Positions 48,549 to 58,114 of a stretch of DNA of 64,000 nt are shown here, piece after piece. The stretch is from Gemmatimonadota bacterium (GTDB lineage Bacteria; Gemmatimonadota; Gemmatimonadetes; Palauibacterales; Palauibacteraceae): contig OY762926.1 of assembly GCA_963666735.1 (NCBI GenBank), positions 3,008,001 to 3,072,000 on the forward strand. Direction: 5' to 3'. Both the position numbers and the translations under genes were made by a program. Positions within the stretch are counted from its first letter, which is position 1, and every line of letters starts with the position of its first letter. The notes beneath the pieces are model-generated. The model saw only the letters and a program-made list of their open reading frames with translations. It made no database searches and had not been told where the DNA came from.

Positions 48549-50717
48549 TTACCAGGTGGCGAGTTCCACGATCGCTTCGGCGATGTCGTCGACCTGCGGC
48601 AGGGACGCGTTCTCGAACGACGGCGCGTAGCCGATGAAGGTGTCCGTCGAGGTGATCCGCCGGATCGGCGCGTCGAGCCACTCGAACAGTTCGTCGGCCA
48701 GGCGGGCCGAGATCTCCGCCCCGTAGCCCCACGACTTCGCGTCCTCGTAGGCCACGAGCACGCGGTTCGTCTTCATCACGGAGCGCCGGATCGCGTCCAT
48801 GTCGACCGGGTTCAGCGACCGCAGGTCGATCAGGTCCGCGCGCACCGGCTCCCCCGCGCGGTCCAGCTTCGCGAGCGCCTTGCGCGTGCGTTCCACCATC
48901 GCGCCGTACGTGACGATCGTGAGGTCGTCCCCCTCCGCCACGAGCGCGGCCTTGCCGAACGGAATCATGTACTCGGGGCCCGGATAGACGCCCTTGTTGT
49001 ACGTCTGCCGGTACAGATGCTTGTGCTCGAGGAAGAGCACCGGGTCGTCGCACCGGATCGCGGTGCGCAGGAGCCCGTTCGCGTCCGTCGCGTTCGAGGG
49101 ACAGATCACGTGCATGCCGGGCGTGTGCGTGAAGAGCGAGGCGCCCGTCTGCGAATGGTACATCGCGCCGCCCGAGATGTAGCCCCCGTACGTGGTCCGG
49201 ATGACGAGCGGACACTTCCAGGTGCCCGCGGAGCGCCAGCGGAAGGTCGCGACCTCGTTCCGGAACTGGTGGTAGGCCGGCCAGATGTAGTCGAAGAACT
49301 GGACCTCGGCGACCGGCTTCAGCCCGCGCACGGCGAGGCCCACGGCGCGTCCGACGATGTTCGCCTCCGCGAGGGGCGCGTTGTACACCCGAAGCGACCC
49401 GAACTCGCGCTGCAGGCCGTGCGTCACCTTGAAGACGCCGCCCTTGCCCTTGACCTCCTCGAGGATTTCCTCGCGGCTCGCGTCCGCCACGTCCTGCCCG
49501 AACACCACGATCCGCGGTTCGCGCCGCATCTCATCGCGGATGCAGGCGTTGAGCAGGTCGACCATCGTCTTCGGGTTCCCCTCCGGGCCGGGCCGGGCCC
49601 GCGTCTCGAAGGCGCTCGACGCGGGGTCGACGTCGTGCGAGTACACGTGGGCGTAGACGGTATCCGGGTCCGGCTGCGGGCGGGCCATGGCCCGGTCCGC
49701 CGCGTCGGCGACGCCGGCCTTGATCTCCGCCTTGAGCGATTCGAGGGCGCCGGCCTCGATCACGCCTTCCCGGACGAGGTAGTCGGCGAAGGTGACGAGC
49801 GGGTCGCGCGCGGTTTCGAGTTCCCGCTCGCTCTCGGACCTGTAGAGGCGCTCATCGTCGGACATCGAGTGGCTGTAGGGCCGGGTGACATGCCCGTGAA
49901 CGAGTGCCGGACCGCGGCCGGACCGCACGTGTCGCGCGGCGCGCCGCATGACGACATAGCTCTCGATCGGATCCGTGCCGTCGACTTCCTCGATGTGGAG
50001 GTTCGGGAAGTTCCGCACGAGGCTCGAGATGCTGCCCCCGGCGGTGTTGACCTCCACCGGCACGGAGATCGCGTATCCGTTGTCCTCCACGAGGAAGAGG
50101 ATGGGAAGCTGCAGGTTGGAGGCGGTGTTGATCGCCTCCCAGAACTCTCCTTCCGAGGTCGTGCCGTCCCCCGTGCACACGAGCACGATCTCATCCGATT
50201 CCACGTGCGGCTTGACCGCGTCGAGGGCGTCGAGGCCGGCGGCCCGGGCGCGAGCGATGCCTTCCGCGCACCCCACCGCCTGGTTGAACTGCGTGCCCGT
50301 CGGACTGGAGGGCGTGACGAGGTGCAGGGCCGGAGAACCGAAGTGCGCCGGCATCTGCCGTCCGCCCGTCGAGGGATCCTCCTCCGCCCCGACCGCGCCG
50401 AGGAACATCTCGTACGGAGACATGCCGAGTTCGAGGCAGAGCGCGCGGTCGCGGTAGTAGGTGAAGAACCAGTCGTAGCCGGGTCTGAGCGCGCGTCCCG
50501 CCGCGACGAGGAGCGCCTCGTGTCCGGCGCCGGAGATCTGGAAGAAGATGCGGTTCTGCCGCTTCATCGCGATTTCGCGGTCGTCGATCGTTCTCGACGT
50601 GTACATCGTGCGATACATCGCGAGGAGATCCTCGGCCTGGAGATCCCGCCATTCGGGGCGGGCGAGGGCGCTGAGCGCGCGCTCGAGGTCGTCGGTCTGG
50701 TCGATAGGGGTTGCCAT
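48549..50717 (-). CDS. 2-oxoisovalerate dehydrogenase E1, fused alpha/beta
   Basis: 'FQISGAGHE', '[10 protein letters not shown]', 'SHSMSDD', beta part 'GQDVA', 'PLAEANI', 'YHSQ'. Confidence 0.93.
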   Translation of the reverse strand: MATPIDQTDDLERALSALARPEWRDLQAEDLLAMYRTMYTSRTIDDREIAMKRQNRIFFQISGAGHEALLVAAGRALRPGYDWFFTYYRDRALCLELGMSPYEMFLGAVGAEEDPSTGGRQMPAHFGSPALHLVTPSSPTGTQFNQAVGCAEGIARARAAGLDALDAVKPHVESDEIVLVCTGDGTTSEGEFWEAINTASNLQLPILFLVEDNGYAISVPVEVNTAGGSISSLVRNFPNLHIEEVDGTDPIESYVVMRRAARHVRSGRGPALVHGHVTRPYSHSMSDDERLYRSESERELETARDPLVTFADYLVREGVIEAGALESLKAEIKAGVADAADRAMARPQPDPDTVYAHVYSHDVDPASSAFETRARPGPEGNPKTMVDLLNACIRDEMRREPRIVVFGQDVADASREEILEEVKGKGGVFKVTHGLQREFGSLRVYNAPLAEANIVGRAVGLAVRGLKPVAEVQFFDYIWPAYHQFRNEVATFRWRSAGTWKCPLVIRTTYGGYISGGAMYHSQTGASLFTHTPGMHVICPSNATDANGLLRTAIRCDDPVLFLEHKHLYRQTYNKGVYPGPEYMIPFGKAALVAEGDDLTIVTYGAMVERTRKALAKLDRAGEPVRADLIDLRSLNPVDMDAIRRSVMKTNRVLVAYEDAKSWGYGAEISARLADELFEWLDAPIRRITSTDTFIGYAPSFENASLPQVDDIAEAIVELATW

Positions 50718-50866
50718 GTATATCCAGTATGTCCGGCGTCATCAGGAAGAGTTCGAGTGCCGGGTCTCCGGGCTCGGGACTCACCACGACTCCGCCGCCT
50801 TCCGCAACCGCCCCCGTCCCCACCGCGACGAAGACCCGGCGGGGAATCTAATCGTCCCTCCGGCGT

Positions 50867-51523
50867 CTAGAAACCGACCGGCAGAAAGCGGCGCAGCCGC
50901 GGGAGAATCGAGGCGGCGTGGTCCGCGATCGGGTCGCCCTGTCCGCTCTCGGGCATGAGCTGGCTCAGCGCGTGCAGCATCGCGACGGCGTAGTCGGAGA
51001 ACGCCCGGTAGGGCGGCGCGTGGCGAAACCCCCACGCTCCCACCGGCAGCAGAAGGAGCCAGCGCAGGTCGCCCGCAAGCTGGATCAGGTTCCCTTCGTC
51101 CAGCGCCATCTCCGGTTCGCCCATGGCCAGCCGCGTCAGCGCGGCCATGAAGAGGGCCGACGCTTCCGGCGAGAGCAGCTCGAGATCGGGGTACCGCGCC
51201 AGAACCTGGGCGGCGAAGGAAGATTCTTCCGGCGCGGCGAGTCGCTCGGCCATGATCGTCGGCTCTCCGTCGCCCAGAATCAGCCACTCGAGCCGCAGGG
51301 GAGGGAAGGCGCGCTTCAGCGCGGCCAGGAATTCGGACCGGGGTCCCGCCCTCGACGACCCGGCGGCCTCCCGTTCGTAGTTCGAGAGCGTGCCGAGGCT
51401 TACGCGGGCGTGCTCCGGCAACTCCGCGTTGACGTGGCCGCGAAAATCGCGCAGCGACAAGCCCTGAAGCTCCTTACGGAAGAATCGCAATCGTGATTGA
51501 ACAGTGTCCATACATCTGAACAT
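50867..51523 (-). CDS. XRE/Cro-like HTH regulator with unknown C-terminal domain (start may be 51511)
   Basis: 'RLRFFRKE..GLSLRDF..SLGTLSNYER..P..EFL..L..LEWLILGDGEP'. Confidence 0.75.
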   Translation of the reverse strand: MFRCMDTVQSRLRFFRKELQGLSLRDFRGHVNAELPEHARVSLGTLSNYEREAAGSSRAGPRSEFLAALKRAFPPLRLEWLILGDGEPTIMAERLAAPEESSFAAQVLARYPDLELLSPEASALFMAALTRLAMGEPEMALDEGNLIQLAGDLRWLLLLPVGAWGFRHAPPYRAFSDYAVAMLHALSQLMPESGQGDPIADHAASILPRLRRFLPVGF

Positions 51524-51643
51524 AGCGGCGGCGGGTGCTCTGTTGCAACCGTGCGGAGCGGGTACGTGTTACATTTTTCGGCTTGGCGTGCGCAGGTCGA
51601 TCCTTCAAGGTGCTAATCCGTGTTCATCCAAGGTGTTCATCGT

Positions 51644-54109
51644 ATGAGCCTCCGAAGAAACCATGGTCTGCCCGGGCTGGCAGCCCGCGGCAAAAGCCCT
51701 GCTGCGTTCGAGCGGCGATGCATTTCGCCTGAAACGCTTCCGCTCCGCGTTGCTCCCCGGTCACATAGCGCTGCTATGCTCCCTCGTCGCGCCTTGTCAG
51801 GCGAACGCCTCACCGCTCTCGGCGCTGACGCAGGGTTTTACCACGGGCTGCTACGCTTCGGGATCGCCTGTCTCATCGCCGGGCTGGTCGTCCTGTCCGC
51901 GCCGGCGCCGGAGTTGCGCGCGCAGGACGGTCCGGGGCAGCGCGAACCGGAAGAGGCGCCGCCCCCTCCGCTGGAAGGCCTGGCGGTCCGTGCGGAGCAG
52001 GTTCCCGTCGTCGATGGAGTCCTGGACGATGCGGCCTGGAACGGGGCGCCGGTGATGACGGACTTCATCCAGCGCGAGCCCTTCGACGGGCAACCGGCAT
52101 CCGAGCGCACCGAAGTCCGCATGGTGTTCGACGACGAGGCCATCTACATCGGCGTGTGGGCTTTCGACGAGGACCCGGCGGGGATCATCCCCGGGGACCG
52201 GATCCGCGACATGGAGGTCTCCGAGGCCGACCACATCCTGCTCGCGTTCGACACCTACCACGACTACCAGAACGCGTTCGTGTTCGGGACGACGCCATCG
52301 GGCATCGAGTACGACGGGCAGGTCGCCAACGAAGGCCGCGGCGGCGGTTTCTTCCTGGGAGGCGGTTTCAACACGCAGCGGCGCATGCAATCCGGCGCCG
52401 GCGGGGGCTTCAACAAGAACTGGGATGGCTCCTGGAACGTCGCGACGAGCCGCAACGGCGAGGGCTGGTACGCCGAATTCCGGATTCCCTTCAACACGCT
52501 CCGCTACGGGACCGACTCGACCTGGGGCTTCAACGTCTCCCGCCAGATCCGGCGCCGGAACGAGGAGTCCTTCTGGTCCGCCGTCCCCCGCGAGTTCACC
52601 CTCTACCGGCTCAACTACGCGGGGCACCTGACGGGGCTCGAGCTTCCCTTCCGGCGCCTCGGGTCGGTCACGCCGTACATGCTGGGGTCGACGGAGCGAG
52701 ACTACGCGGGCGGGCAGACGGCGTTCGACCGGAACTACGAGTTCGGAGGCGAGGCCAAGCTCCAGCTTACGCGGGGCGTGACGCTCGACGCGACGTACAA
52801 CACCGACTTCGCGCAGGTGGAGGTGGACGACCAGCAGGTCAACCTGACGCGCTTCAGCCTGCTCTTCCCCGAAAAGCGCCCCTTCTTCCTCGAGAACGCG
52901 GGCTTTTTCGCGGTCGGGGGCGGCGGGGCCGATCTCTTCTTCAGCCGCCGCATCGGCATCGCCAACGGCCGGCAGGTCCCGATCACCGGCGGCGCCCGCG
53001 TCTCGGGGCGAGCGGCCGGGTTCAACGTCGGGATGCTGCACATCGGGACCGACGGGGTCGAGGGCGTCCAGGACGGGAACGCGTACTCGGTCGCCCGCGT
53101 GGCGCGGGAACTGCCGAACCGGTCAAGGATCGGCGCCGCCTTCATCAACCGCGACGGGAGCGGTTTCGACGACTACAACCGGACCTACGCGGTGGATGGA
53201 CAGTTGGGGCTGGGGGAGGCGTGGACGCTGACCGCCTGGGGGGCGAGGACGGAGACCCCCGGCCTGACGGACGCGGACCGGGCCCTTGACGCGACCTTCG
53301 GTCTCACGACCCGCAAGTGGCGAGGGAACGTCCAGTACCAGCACTTCGGCGAGAACTTCAACCCCGAAGTGGGCTTCCTGCGGCGGACGGGCCACCAGTA
53401 CTACCAGGTCTTCCTGATGCACAACATCCATCCGGCCGAGACCTTCCGCGAGATCCGCCCGCACGTCTCCTACTACACCTTCCGGAGCGACAAGACCGGC
53501 GTCGAGCAGGGGTTCGAGGAGTCGGCGCGGCTCCACATCGACACGCACTGGGAGTTCAACGACGGGATGGAGGCCCACACCGGCGTCAACTGGGTGCGGG
53601 AGGGGCTGTACGAGCCGTTCACGATCTTCGGCACGGACGTCACGGTGCCCACCGGAACGTACGACGGCTGGGAGAGCCAGATCCGCTTCTGGACGGACGA
53701 GTCGGCGAAGGTCTCGTTCAACAGCGGCGCGAACATCGGCTCGTTCCTGTCGGGGTCGCGCCGCAGCCTGAACGGGACGTTGACCATGCGCTCGGGTTCC
53801 TCGTTCAGCACGTCGCTCCGGCTCGACTACAACAACGTCACGTTGGAGCACGGCGACTTCGTCACGACGCTGGCCGGGGTGAACTTCGGGTACTTCTTCT
53901 CGCCGCGCGTCTACCTGCAGTCGCTCGTCCAGTACTCGACGCAACTCGACACCTTCTCGGCCAACGTGCGCTTCGGGTGGCTGAGCACGGCGGGAACCGG
54001 CCTGTTCATCGTCTACAACGACATCCAGGGGATCCAGGATCTGCACGGGCCGCAGGGCCGCTCGCTGATCATCAAGTTCAGCCGGCAGTTCAACGTCCTC
54101 GGGGGCTGA
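51644..54109 (+). CDS. CBM9-like/DUF5916 outer-membrane protein (signal peptide interrupted by palindromic element)
   Basis: 'PVVDGVLDD..W', 'NTDFAQVEVD', 'NLTRF..FPEKRPFFLE', 'LFFSRRIG', 'FNPEVGF'. Confidence 0.92.
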   Translation: MSLRRNHGLPGLAARGKSPAAFERRCISPETLPLRVAPRSHSAAMLPRRALSGERLTALGADAGFYHGLLRFGIACLIAGLVVLSAPAPELRAQDGPGQREPEEAPPPPLEGLAVRAEQVPVVDGVLDDAAWNGAPVMTDFIQREPFDGQPASERTEVRMVFDDEAIYIGVWAFDEDPAGIIPGDRIRDMEVSEADHILLAFDTYHDYQNAFVFGTTPSGIEYDGQVANEGRGGGFFLGGGFNTQRRMQSGAGGGFNKNWDGSWNVATSRNGEGWYAEFRIPFNTLRYGTDSTWGFNVSRQIRRRNEESFWSAVPREFTLYRLNYAGHLTGLELPFRRLGSVTPYMLGSTERDYAGGQTAFDRNYEFGGEAKLQLTRGVTLDATYNTDFAQVEVDDQQVNLTRFSLLFPEKRPFFLENAGFFAVGGGGADLFFSRRIGIANGRQVPITGGARVSGRAAGFNVGMLHIGTDGVEGVQDGNAYSVARVARELPNRSRIGAAFINRDGSGFDDYNRTYAVDGQLGLGEAWTLTAWGARTETPGLTDADRALDATFGLTTRKWRGNVQYQHFGENFNPEVGFLRRTGHQYYQVFLMHNIHPAETFREIRPHVSYYTFRSDKTGVEQGFEESARLHIDTHWEFNDGMEAHTGVNWVREGLYEPFTIFGTDVTVPTGTYDGWESQIRFWTDESAKVSFNSGANIGSFLSGSRRSLNGTLTMRSGSSFSTSLRLDYNNVTLEHGDFVTTLAGVNFGYFFSPRVYLQSLVQYSTQLDTFSANVRFGWLSTAGTGLFIVYNDIQGIQDLHGPQGRSLIIKFSRQFNVLGG
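51678..51853. mobile_element. MITE-like palindromic element inserted in frame
   Basis: Imperfect terminal inverted repeats TGGCAGCCCGCGGCAAAAGCCCTG / CAGGGTTTTACCACGGGCTGCTA, nested inner inverted repeats, and CATAGC-GCT-GCTATG hairpin. Confidence 0.8.
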
Positions 54110-54135
54110 CCCCGGACGATCCGGCGGGGATTCCC

Positions 54136-54576
54136 ATGCGGCCGCGGCTCCTCTTCGTCTGCGTCGAGAACTCCTGCCGGAGCCAAATGGCGGAGGCGTT
54201 CGCCCGCCTGCTGGCGGGTAACGGCGTGGAAGCGGCGAGCGGAGGATCGCGGCCCTCGGGTGTGGTGAACCCGCGGGCGGTCGAGTCCATGGCGGAGTTG
54301 GGCTACGATCTCGGCGCCCACCGGTCGGAGGGACTGGACGACGTGCCGCCCGGACCGTTCGATGCGGTCGTCACCATGGGGTGCGGCGACGCGTGTCCCC
54401 ACGTGCCCGCCCGGCGGCGGGAGGACTGGGATGTGAGGGACCCGAAGGACCTTCCGCCCGAGGAGTTCCGCGCGGTCCGGGATGACATTCGCCGGCGGGT
54501 GGCCGCGTTGCTGGCGGATCTCGGCGTGGCGGGCCGGGCGGAGGCGACGGGCCCCGGAGGGCCTGCCGGGGCGTGA
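54136..54576 (+). CDS. arsC: Arsenate reductase / LMW-PTP family
   Basis: 'LFVCVENSCRSQMAE', 'GCGDACP', 'DP'. Confidence 0.9.
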   Translation: MRPRLLFVCVENSCRSQMAEAFARLLAGNGVEAASGGSRPSGVVNPRAVESMAELGYDLGAHRSEGLDDVPPGPFDAVVTMGCGDACPHVPARRREDWDVRDPKDLPPEEFRAVRDDIRRRVAALLADLGVAGRAEATGPGGPAGA

Positions 54577-55310
54577 GCGGGCCGGACGGATCGCTCGTGA
54601 TCGTGGCCGGCGGGCGTTCGCGCCGCCTCGGCCGGGACAAGCCACTGGTCGAGATCGGCGGCCGCACCGTGCTGTCGCGGATCCTGGAGGCCACGGCGCA
54701 TATCGCGGACATCGTGCTCGCGGTGCGCGAGGTGCCGCCATTCCGGCGCACCCTCGAGGCGGAAGGCTGGGAACCCGCCGCGGAGCGTGCGGGCCGCCCG
54801 CCCGGATCTGTTGCGCTCCGGAACCCGAACGGCCGCGCCCTCGTCGTCGTGCCCGACCCGGTGCCCGACCTCGGCCCCCTCGCCGGCCTCGCCTCCGGGC
54901 TGGGCGCGGCGCATGGTGCGATCTGCGTTGTGCTGGCGGGCGACCTTCCCTTCGTCACCCCGGATCTCGTCGACCGCCTGAGCCGTGAACTCGCGAGCGA
55001 CGCGGAGTTGGACGCGGTCGTGCCGCGCGCCCGCGGCCGGGCACAGCCCTTGTGCGCCGTCTATCGGCGAGAGGTCGGCCAACTGGCCACGCGGCTGGTG
55101 GCGCGGGCCGCCGAGTCCGGGGGCTCGTCCCCCTCGATGATGAGTTTTCTCGAGCGGTTGAGGGTGCGATACGTCACGGCCGAGGATTTGGCCGGGACCG
55201 GCGACATCGAGACGATGGTCCGGGGCGTGGACAGCCGGGCCGACCTGGACTGGGCCGTGCGCCGCGCCTCGCGGCCCGATGGCTTTCGCTTCGAGCCGGA
55301 CACGCCCTGA
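54573..55310 (+). CDS. mobA: Molybdenum cofactor guanylyltransferase-like NTP transferase
   Basis: 'AGGRSRRLGRDK', 'GPLAGL', 'GDLPF', 'QPLCAVY'. Confidence 0.85.
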   Translation: MSGPDGSLVIVAGGRSRRLGRDKPLVEIGGRTVLSRILEATAHIADIVLAVREVPPFRRTLEAEGWEPAAERAGRPPGSVALRNPNGRALVVVPDPVPDLGPLAGLASGLGAAHGAICVVLAGDLPFVTPDLVDRLSRELASDAELDAVVPRARGRAQPLCAVYRREVGQLATRLVARAAESGGSSPSMMSFLERLRVRYVTAEDLAGTGDIETMVRGVDSRADLDWAVRRASRPDGFRFEPDTP

Positions 55311-55504
55311 CGGCCGGACGATGGCTTGGATGGCTTGCGCTGGCGGGGGCTACTTCACAGCGGACATCGCTCGTCGCACCGCGTCTTCCATCGCGACTAC
55401 CTCGTCGTACCGCATCGGATACGACTCGCGGGTTTGCGGCCCGTGCGTCTCGGTGCGCCGGGCGCCGGCCACGACGTTTAGGATTTGGGGTTGTGTTCGA
55501 ACAT

Positions 55505-55881
55505 GGTCCGGGATCCTCCTCGCCCGCGATCATCGCCTCCGTGGTCGCGCGGCCCGTCACGCCCATGATGTCGGAGACCACCGAGCCCAGCTTGACGTTT
55601 GCCAGCTCCAGGATCCTTCCCACCCGGTTGACCTGCGAGTTCCGGTCCGGACGAGCGCTTTCCGGAGCCGGGTCAGATCGCGCAGATCGCGGATCTCCGG
55701 CGGCGGCACGAAGCTGCCCTTGAGCAGTCCGCACTCGAGAAGCTGTGCGATCCACTCGCAATCCCGAATGTCCGTCGTCCGGCCGGGCACGTGCTTGACG
55801 TGCCGGGCGTTGACCAGCAGCGGCCGGAAGCCGGTCTCGAGCACCGCGTACACCGGGCGCCGGCCGGTACACGCCCGTCGA
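55505..55881 (-). pseudogene. IS110-family transposase remnant (truncated, at least two frameshifts)
   Basis: Segments 'STGVY' / 'PVYAVLE..LVNARHVKHVPGRTTDIRDCEWIAQLLECGLLKGSFVPPPEIRDLRDLTR' / 'NRVGRILELANVKLGSVVSDIMGVTGR' in different frames. Confidence 0.88.
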
Positions 55882-55943
55882 TAAACTAATGTCGACGACC
55901 TCAAGCCGCCCCCGCACCGAAGTTCTGGTTTCAGCTCCGCGGG

Positions 55944-55974
55944 GTGGCCACCCCGGCGTGGCCATGCTTTTTCC
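55944..55974 (+). terminator. Possible intrinsic terminator/hairpin insulating the island
   Basis: GTGGCCAC-N6-GTGGCCAT followed by GCTTTTT. Confidence 0.4.
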
Positions 55975-55982
55975 ATTGCGGC

Positions 55983-56020
55983 TTGACGCCGGAGAGAGGG
56001 GGAGGGTAATGTAACTTACA
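55983..56020 (+). promoter_or_regulatory. Putative island promoter with overlapping palindromic operator
   Basis: TTGACG-N18-TAATGT; perfect palindrome TGTAA-C-TTACA at 56010-56020. Confidence 0.45.
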
Positions 56021-56066
56021 ATGAAGCGCGTGTTCCACAGATGCGTCACAATTGCAGGAGAACGCG

Positions 56067-56651
56067 ATGAAGCTTCGATCAAGTATCCGCCGCTGGATTG
56101 GGTGGGCCGTACTCGTACTTGCGGTCAGCTGGACTGGATACCCATTGCAAGCTTACGAAGCCGGGTTCCTCAACCGCCCCTCTCACGCGTTTACGCCGCA
56201 ATTCATGGAAGCGTCTGAGTGGGTATCCGAAACCACGAACATCGAACTCAATTGGAAATGGCCGACCGACGGAGTTTTTCTGGTAGTGGATTGGGAATGC
56301 CCGTGGTCGGAGGCGGCTATCGAAGCAGCGCTTGCGCTCCACGAGACATCGCCGAAACGAGAAGTGCTTCTGCTCGATACAGATCCTCGCAACGGACCTC
56401 GTTGGCGTCGGAAGTTCGGCGCCGAGATGTCGAAGATGCTCCGAATCGTGACCCCCCGTGCCGGCTGGTGGTCCATTGGCACGCCTCGTGGTGTCACCCC
56501 CGTGTGGTTTGTGATTGAAGGCGGTGAGTTCACCGGCGTCGGTGTCGGCGCTGACGGTTTGCGGACGCTGAGTTCGTTTGACTTCGATCCGATGGCGCCG
56601 ATAGTAACGTCAATTGCCCCCGTTGAAGAACTGACCTTGAACGAAAGGTGA
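56067..56651 (+). CDS. Exported thioredoxin-like protein (CxxS)
   Basis: AGGAG RBS, signal/anchor segment, 'VFLVVDWECPWSEAAI' and 'GVTPVWFVI' (cis-Pro loop position). Confidence 0.65.
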   Translation: MKLRSSIRRWIGWAVLVLAVSWTGYPLQAYEAGFLNRPSHAFTPQFMEASEWVSETTNIELNWKWPTDGVFLVVDWECPWSEAAIEAALALHETSPKREVLLLDTDPRNGPRWRRKFGAEMSKMLRIVTPRAGWWSIGTPRGVTPVWFVIEGGEFTGVGVGADGLRTLSSFDFDPMAPIVTSIAPVEELTLNER

Positions 56652-56657
56652 CCTCGC

Positions 56658-56907
56658 ATGCTGCCACGACACGTTGGATCCTTCGCGCTTGTGTTGATCG
56701 CCGCGTTGCTGGTGGCGCCGACCGTCTCACCGATTCCGTCACTGGAGGCGATGAGTGCGGCGTGCCAAGCGGGCCCCCAAGACGAAGTGCTGCACCTGCG
56801 GCGAGCAGGACGGGGAGCCATTCTGTAAGGGTGGAGCATACATAGGAGCGGTATCGTGCGATGGCTCCTCCTGCCCGGATAATCCGGCCTGTCTGTGGGT
56901 ACAGTAG
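56658..56907 (+). pseudogene. Secreted 8-Cys peptide, copy 1 (one extra C at 56774-56778)
   Basis: Signal peptide in frame 0; Cys-rich mature part in +1 frame aligns with the peptide at 58115. Confidence 0.8.
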
Positions 56908-56972
56908 GGACAGCGAGTGTTCTCGTCCTTCAGTCGCCTATCGTCGCGCGCCCACCCAAGCGTAGCCGCTGC

Positions 56973-58067
56973 ATGAGGACTCCGCGCTTCCGTGTTTTGC
57001 AGCAGTTGCTGATGTGTTCTTCGGTTCTTGGCTCCGGAGAGAGCAACCACGCGTGGCTATTGCCCGGACTAAGCGACGTGAGGGCCGAGGCGGCGGGGGC
57101 GGATTCCTCGTGGGTGGCGGTATCGCTTCGAGAATACGGTAGTTTGTCTGGAGAGATATCCTTCGGCGCCCCTATCGACGCGGCGGTTCTCGCGGATGGC
57201 AGTCTCGTTGTAGCGGATCTGCACGCCTGCACCCTTACAGTGATCGCGCGACCCGAGGGTCGCTTGCGCCACAAACTGGGTCGTTGTGGCGATGGCCCCG
57301 GCGAATTTCGGATGATCCGAATCATCGACACGTTCGGCGACTCGATCTTCGTTTACGATCAGGGACACGGTGCCGTCGTCGTGTTGGACGATACGGGCCA
57401 CGAGGCGAGGCGAGTGCCGCTGGGAGTCGTAGGCGGGCGGCGTGTGACCCTTTCGCATCTGGCCGTACTGGACGACTCGACGCTGGTGGTCGCTACCGAG
57501 GCGGCCGACCACGCCAGCGTGGCGCTGGTCGACAGTCGAACGGGAGTGTTCCGCAGGTCCTTGTTGGACGCTCCACCTATTGCCATGCGCTCGGACGGCT
57601 GGATCAGGCATATGGCGGCTTGCGTCGAGCCCGGGAGCCGGTCGCCTACCATCGTCGCGACAAGTGAATGGGCTCTTGAAGGTGTTGGATTCGTATCCGA
57701 TACCGGCGAAGAACGATTTCATTTCCTGACATCGCTGGATCTGCCTCCCACGCTCACATCGGGCGGGACGTGGGTGCCGGGGCCAGCCAGGGTCGACGTG
57801 GCTTGCGGTCGCTCGCTAGCTCTTTACCGCGTCGTGACGGTGGATCCGGACGACTTTACGGGAGACATCGCGGACATCCGTGCATCGTCCGTGATTCTTG
57901 AAGCACGCGCGTACAGTGGAGCCCTGCTGATGCGATGGTCGGTCGTGGACACGGCATCGGTACTACGCGGGCCCATGGGCGCCTTCAGGGGGGACACGGT
58001 CTTTCTTCTTGCCGAGAGGGTCCGACCGTACCCGATAGTAAGCGAGATCGTGCTCCGGCCGCGCTGA
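56973..58067 (+). CDS. 6-bladed beta-propeller protein (NHL/DUF5128-like)
   Basis: 'GSLVVAD', 'LGRCGDGPGEFR', 'GDSIFVYD'; start uncertain. Confidence 0.8.
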   Translation: MRTPRFRVLQQLLMCSSVLGSGESNHAWLLPGLSDVRAEAAGADSSWVAVSLREYGSLSGEISFGAPIDAAVLADGSLVVADLHACTLTVIARPEGRLRHKLGRCGDGPGEFRMIRIIDTFGDSIFVYDQGHGAVVVLDDTGHEARRVPLGVVGGRRVTLSHLAVLDDSTLVVATEAADHASVALVDSRTGVFRRSLLDAPPIAMRSDGWIRHMAACVEPGSRSPTIVATSEWALEGVGFVSDTGEERFHFLTSLDLPPTLTSGGTWVPGPARVDVACGRSLALYRVVTVDPDDFTGDIADIRASSVILEARAYSGALLMRWSVVDTASVLRGPMGAFRGDTVFLLAERVRPYPIVSEIVLRPR

Positions 58068-58114
58068 GTCGCGACGGGGATGTGTACGTGTTTTGTCCGA
58101 CAAGGTGGTGCACC

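Noticed and set aside
55340..55500. Possible remnant of a RelE/ParE-like toxin ('RDYLVV..YRIGYD')
   Set aside because: Needs frameshifts and rests on a few residues; not supportable by eye.
55882..55982. Intact IS110 bridge RNA
   Set aside because: The transposase 5' end is missing and no two-loop structure or element ends could be identified.
56648..56845. 65-aa ORF listed in the ORF track
   Set aside because: Wrong frame; the signal peptide (ATG 56658) and Cys-rich segment in the other two frames explain this DNA.
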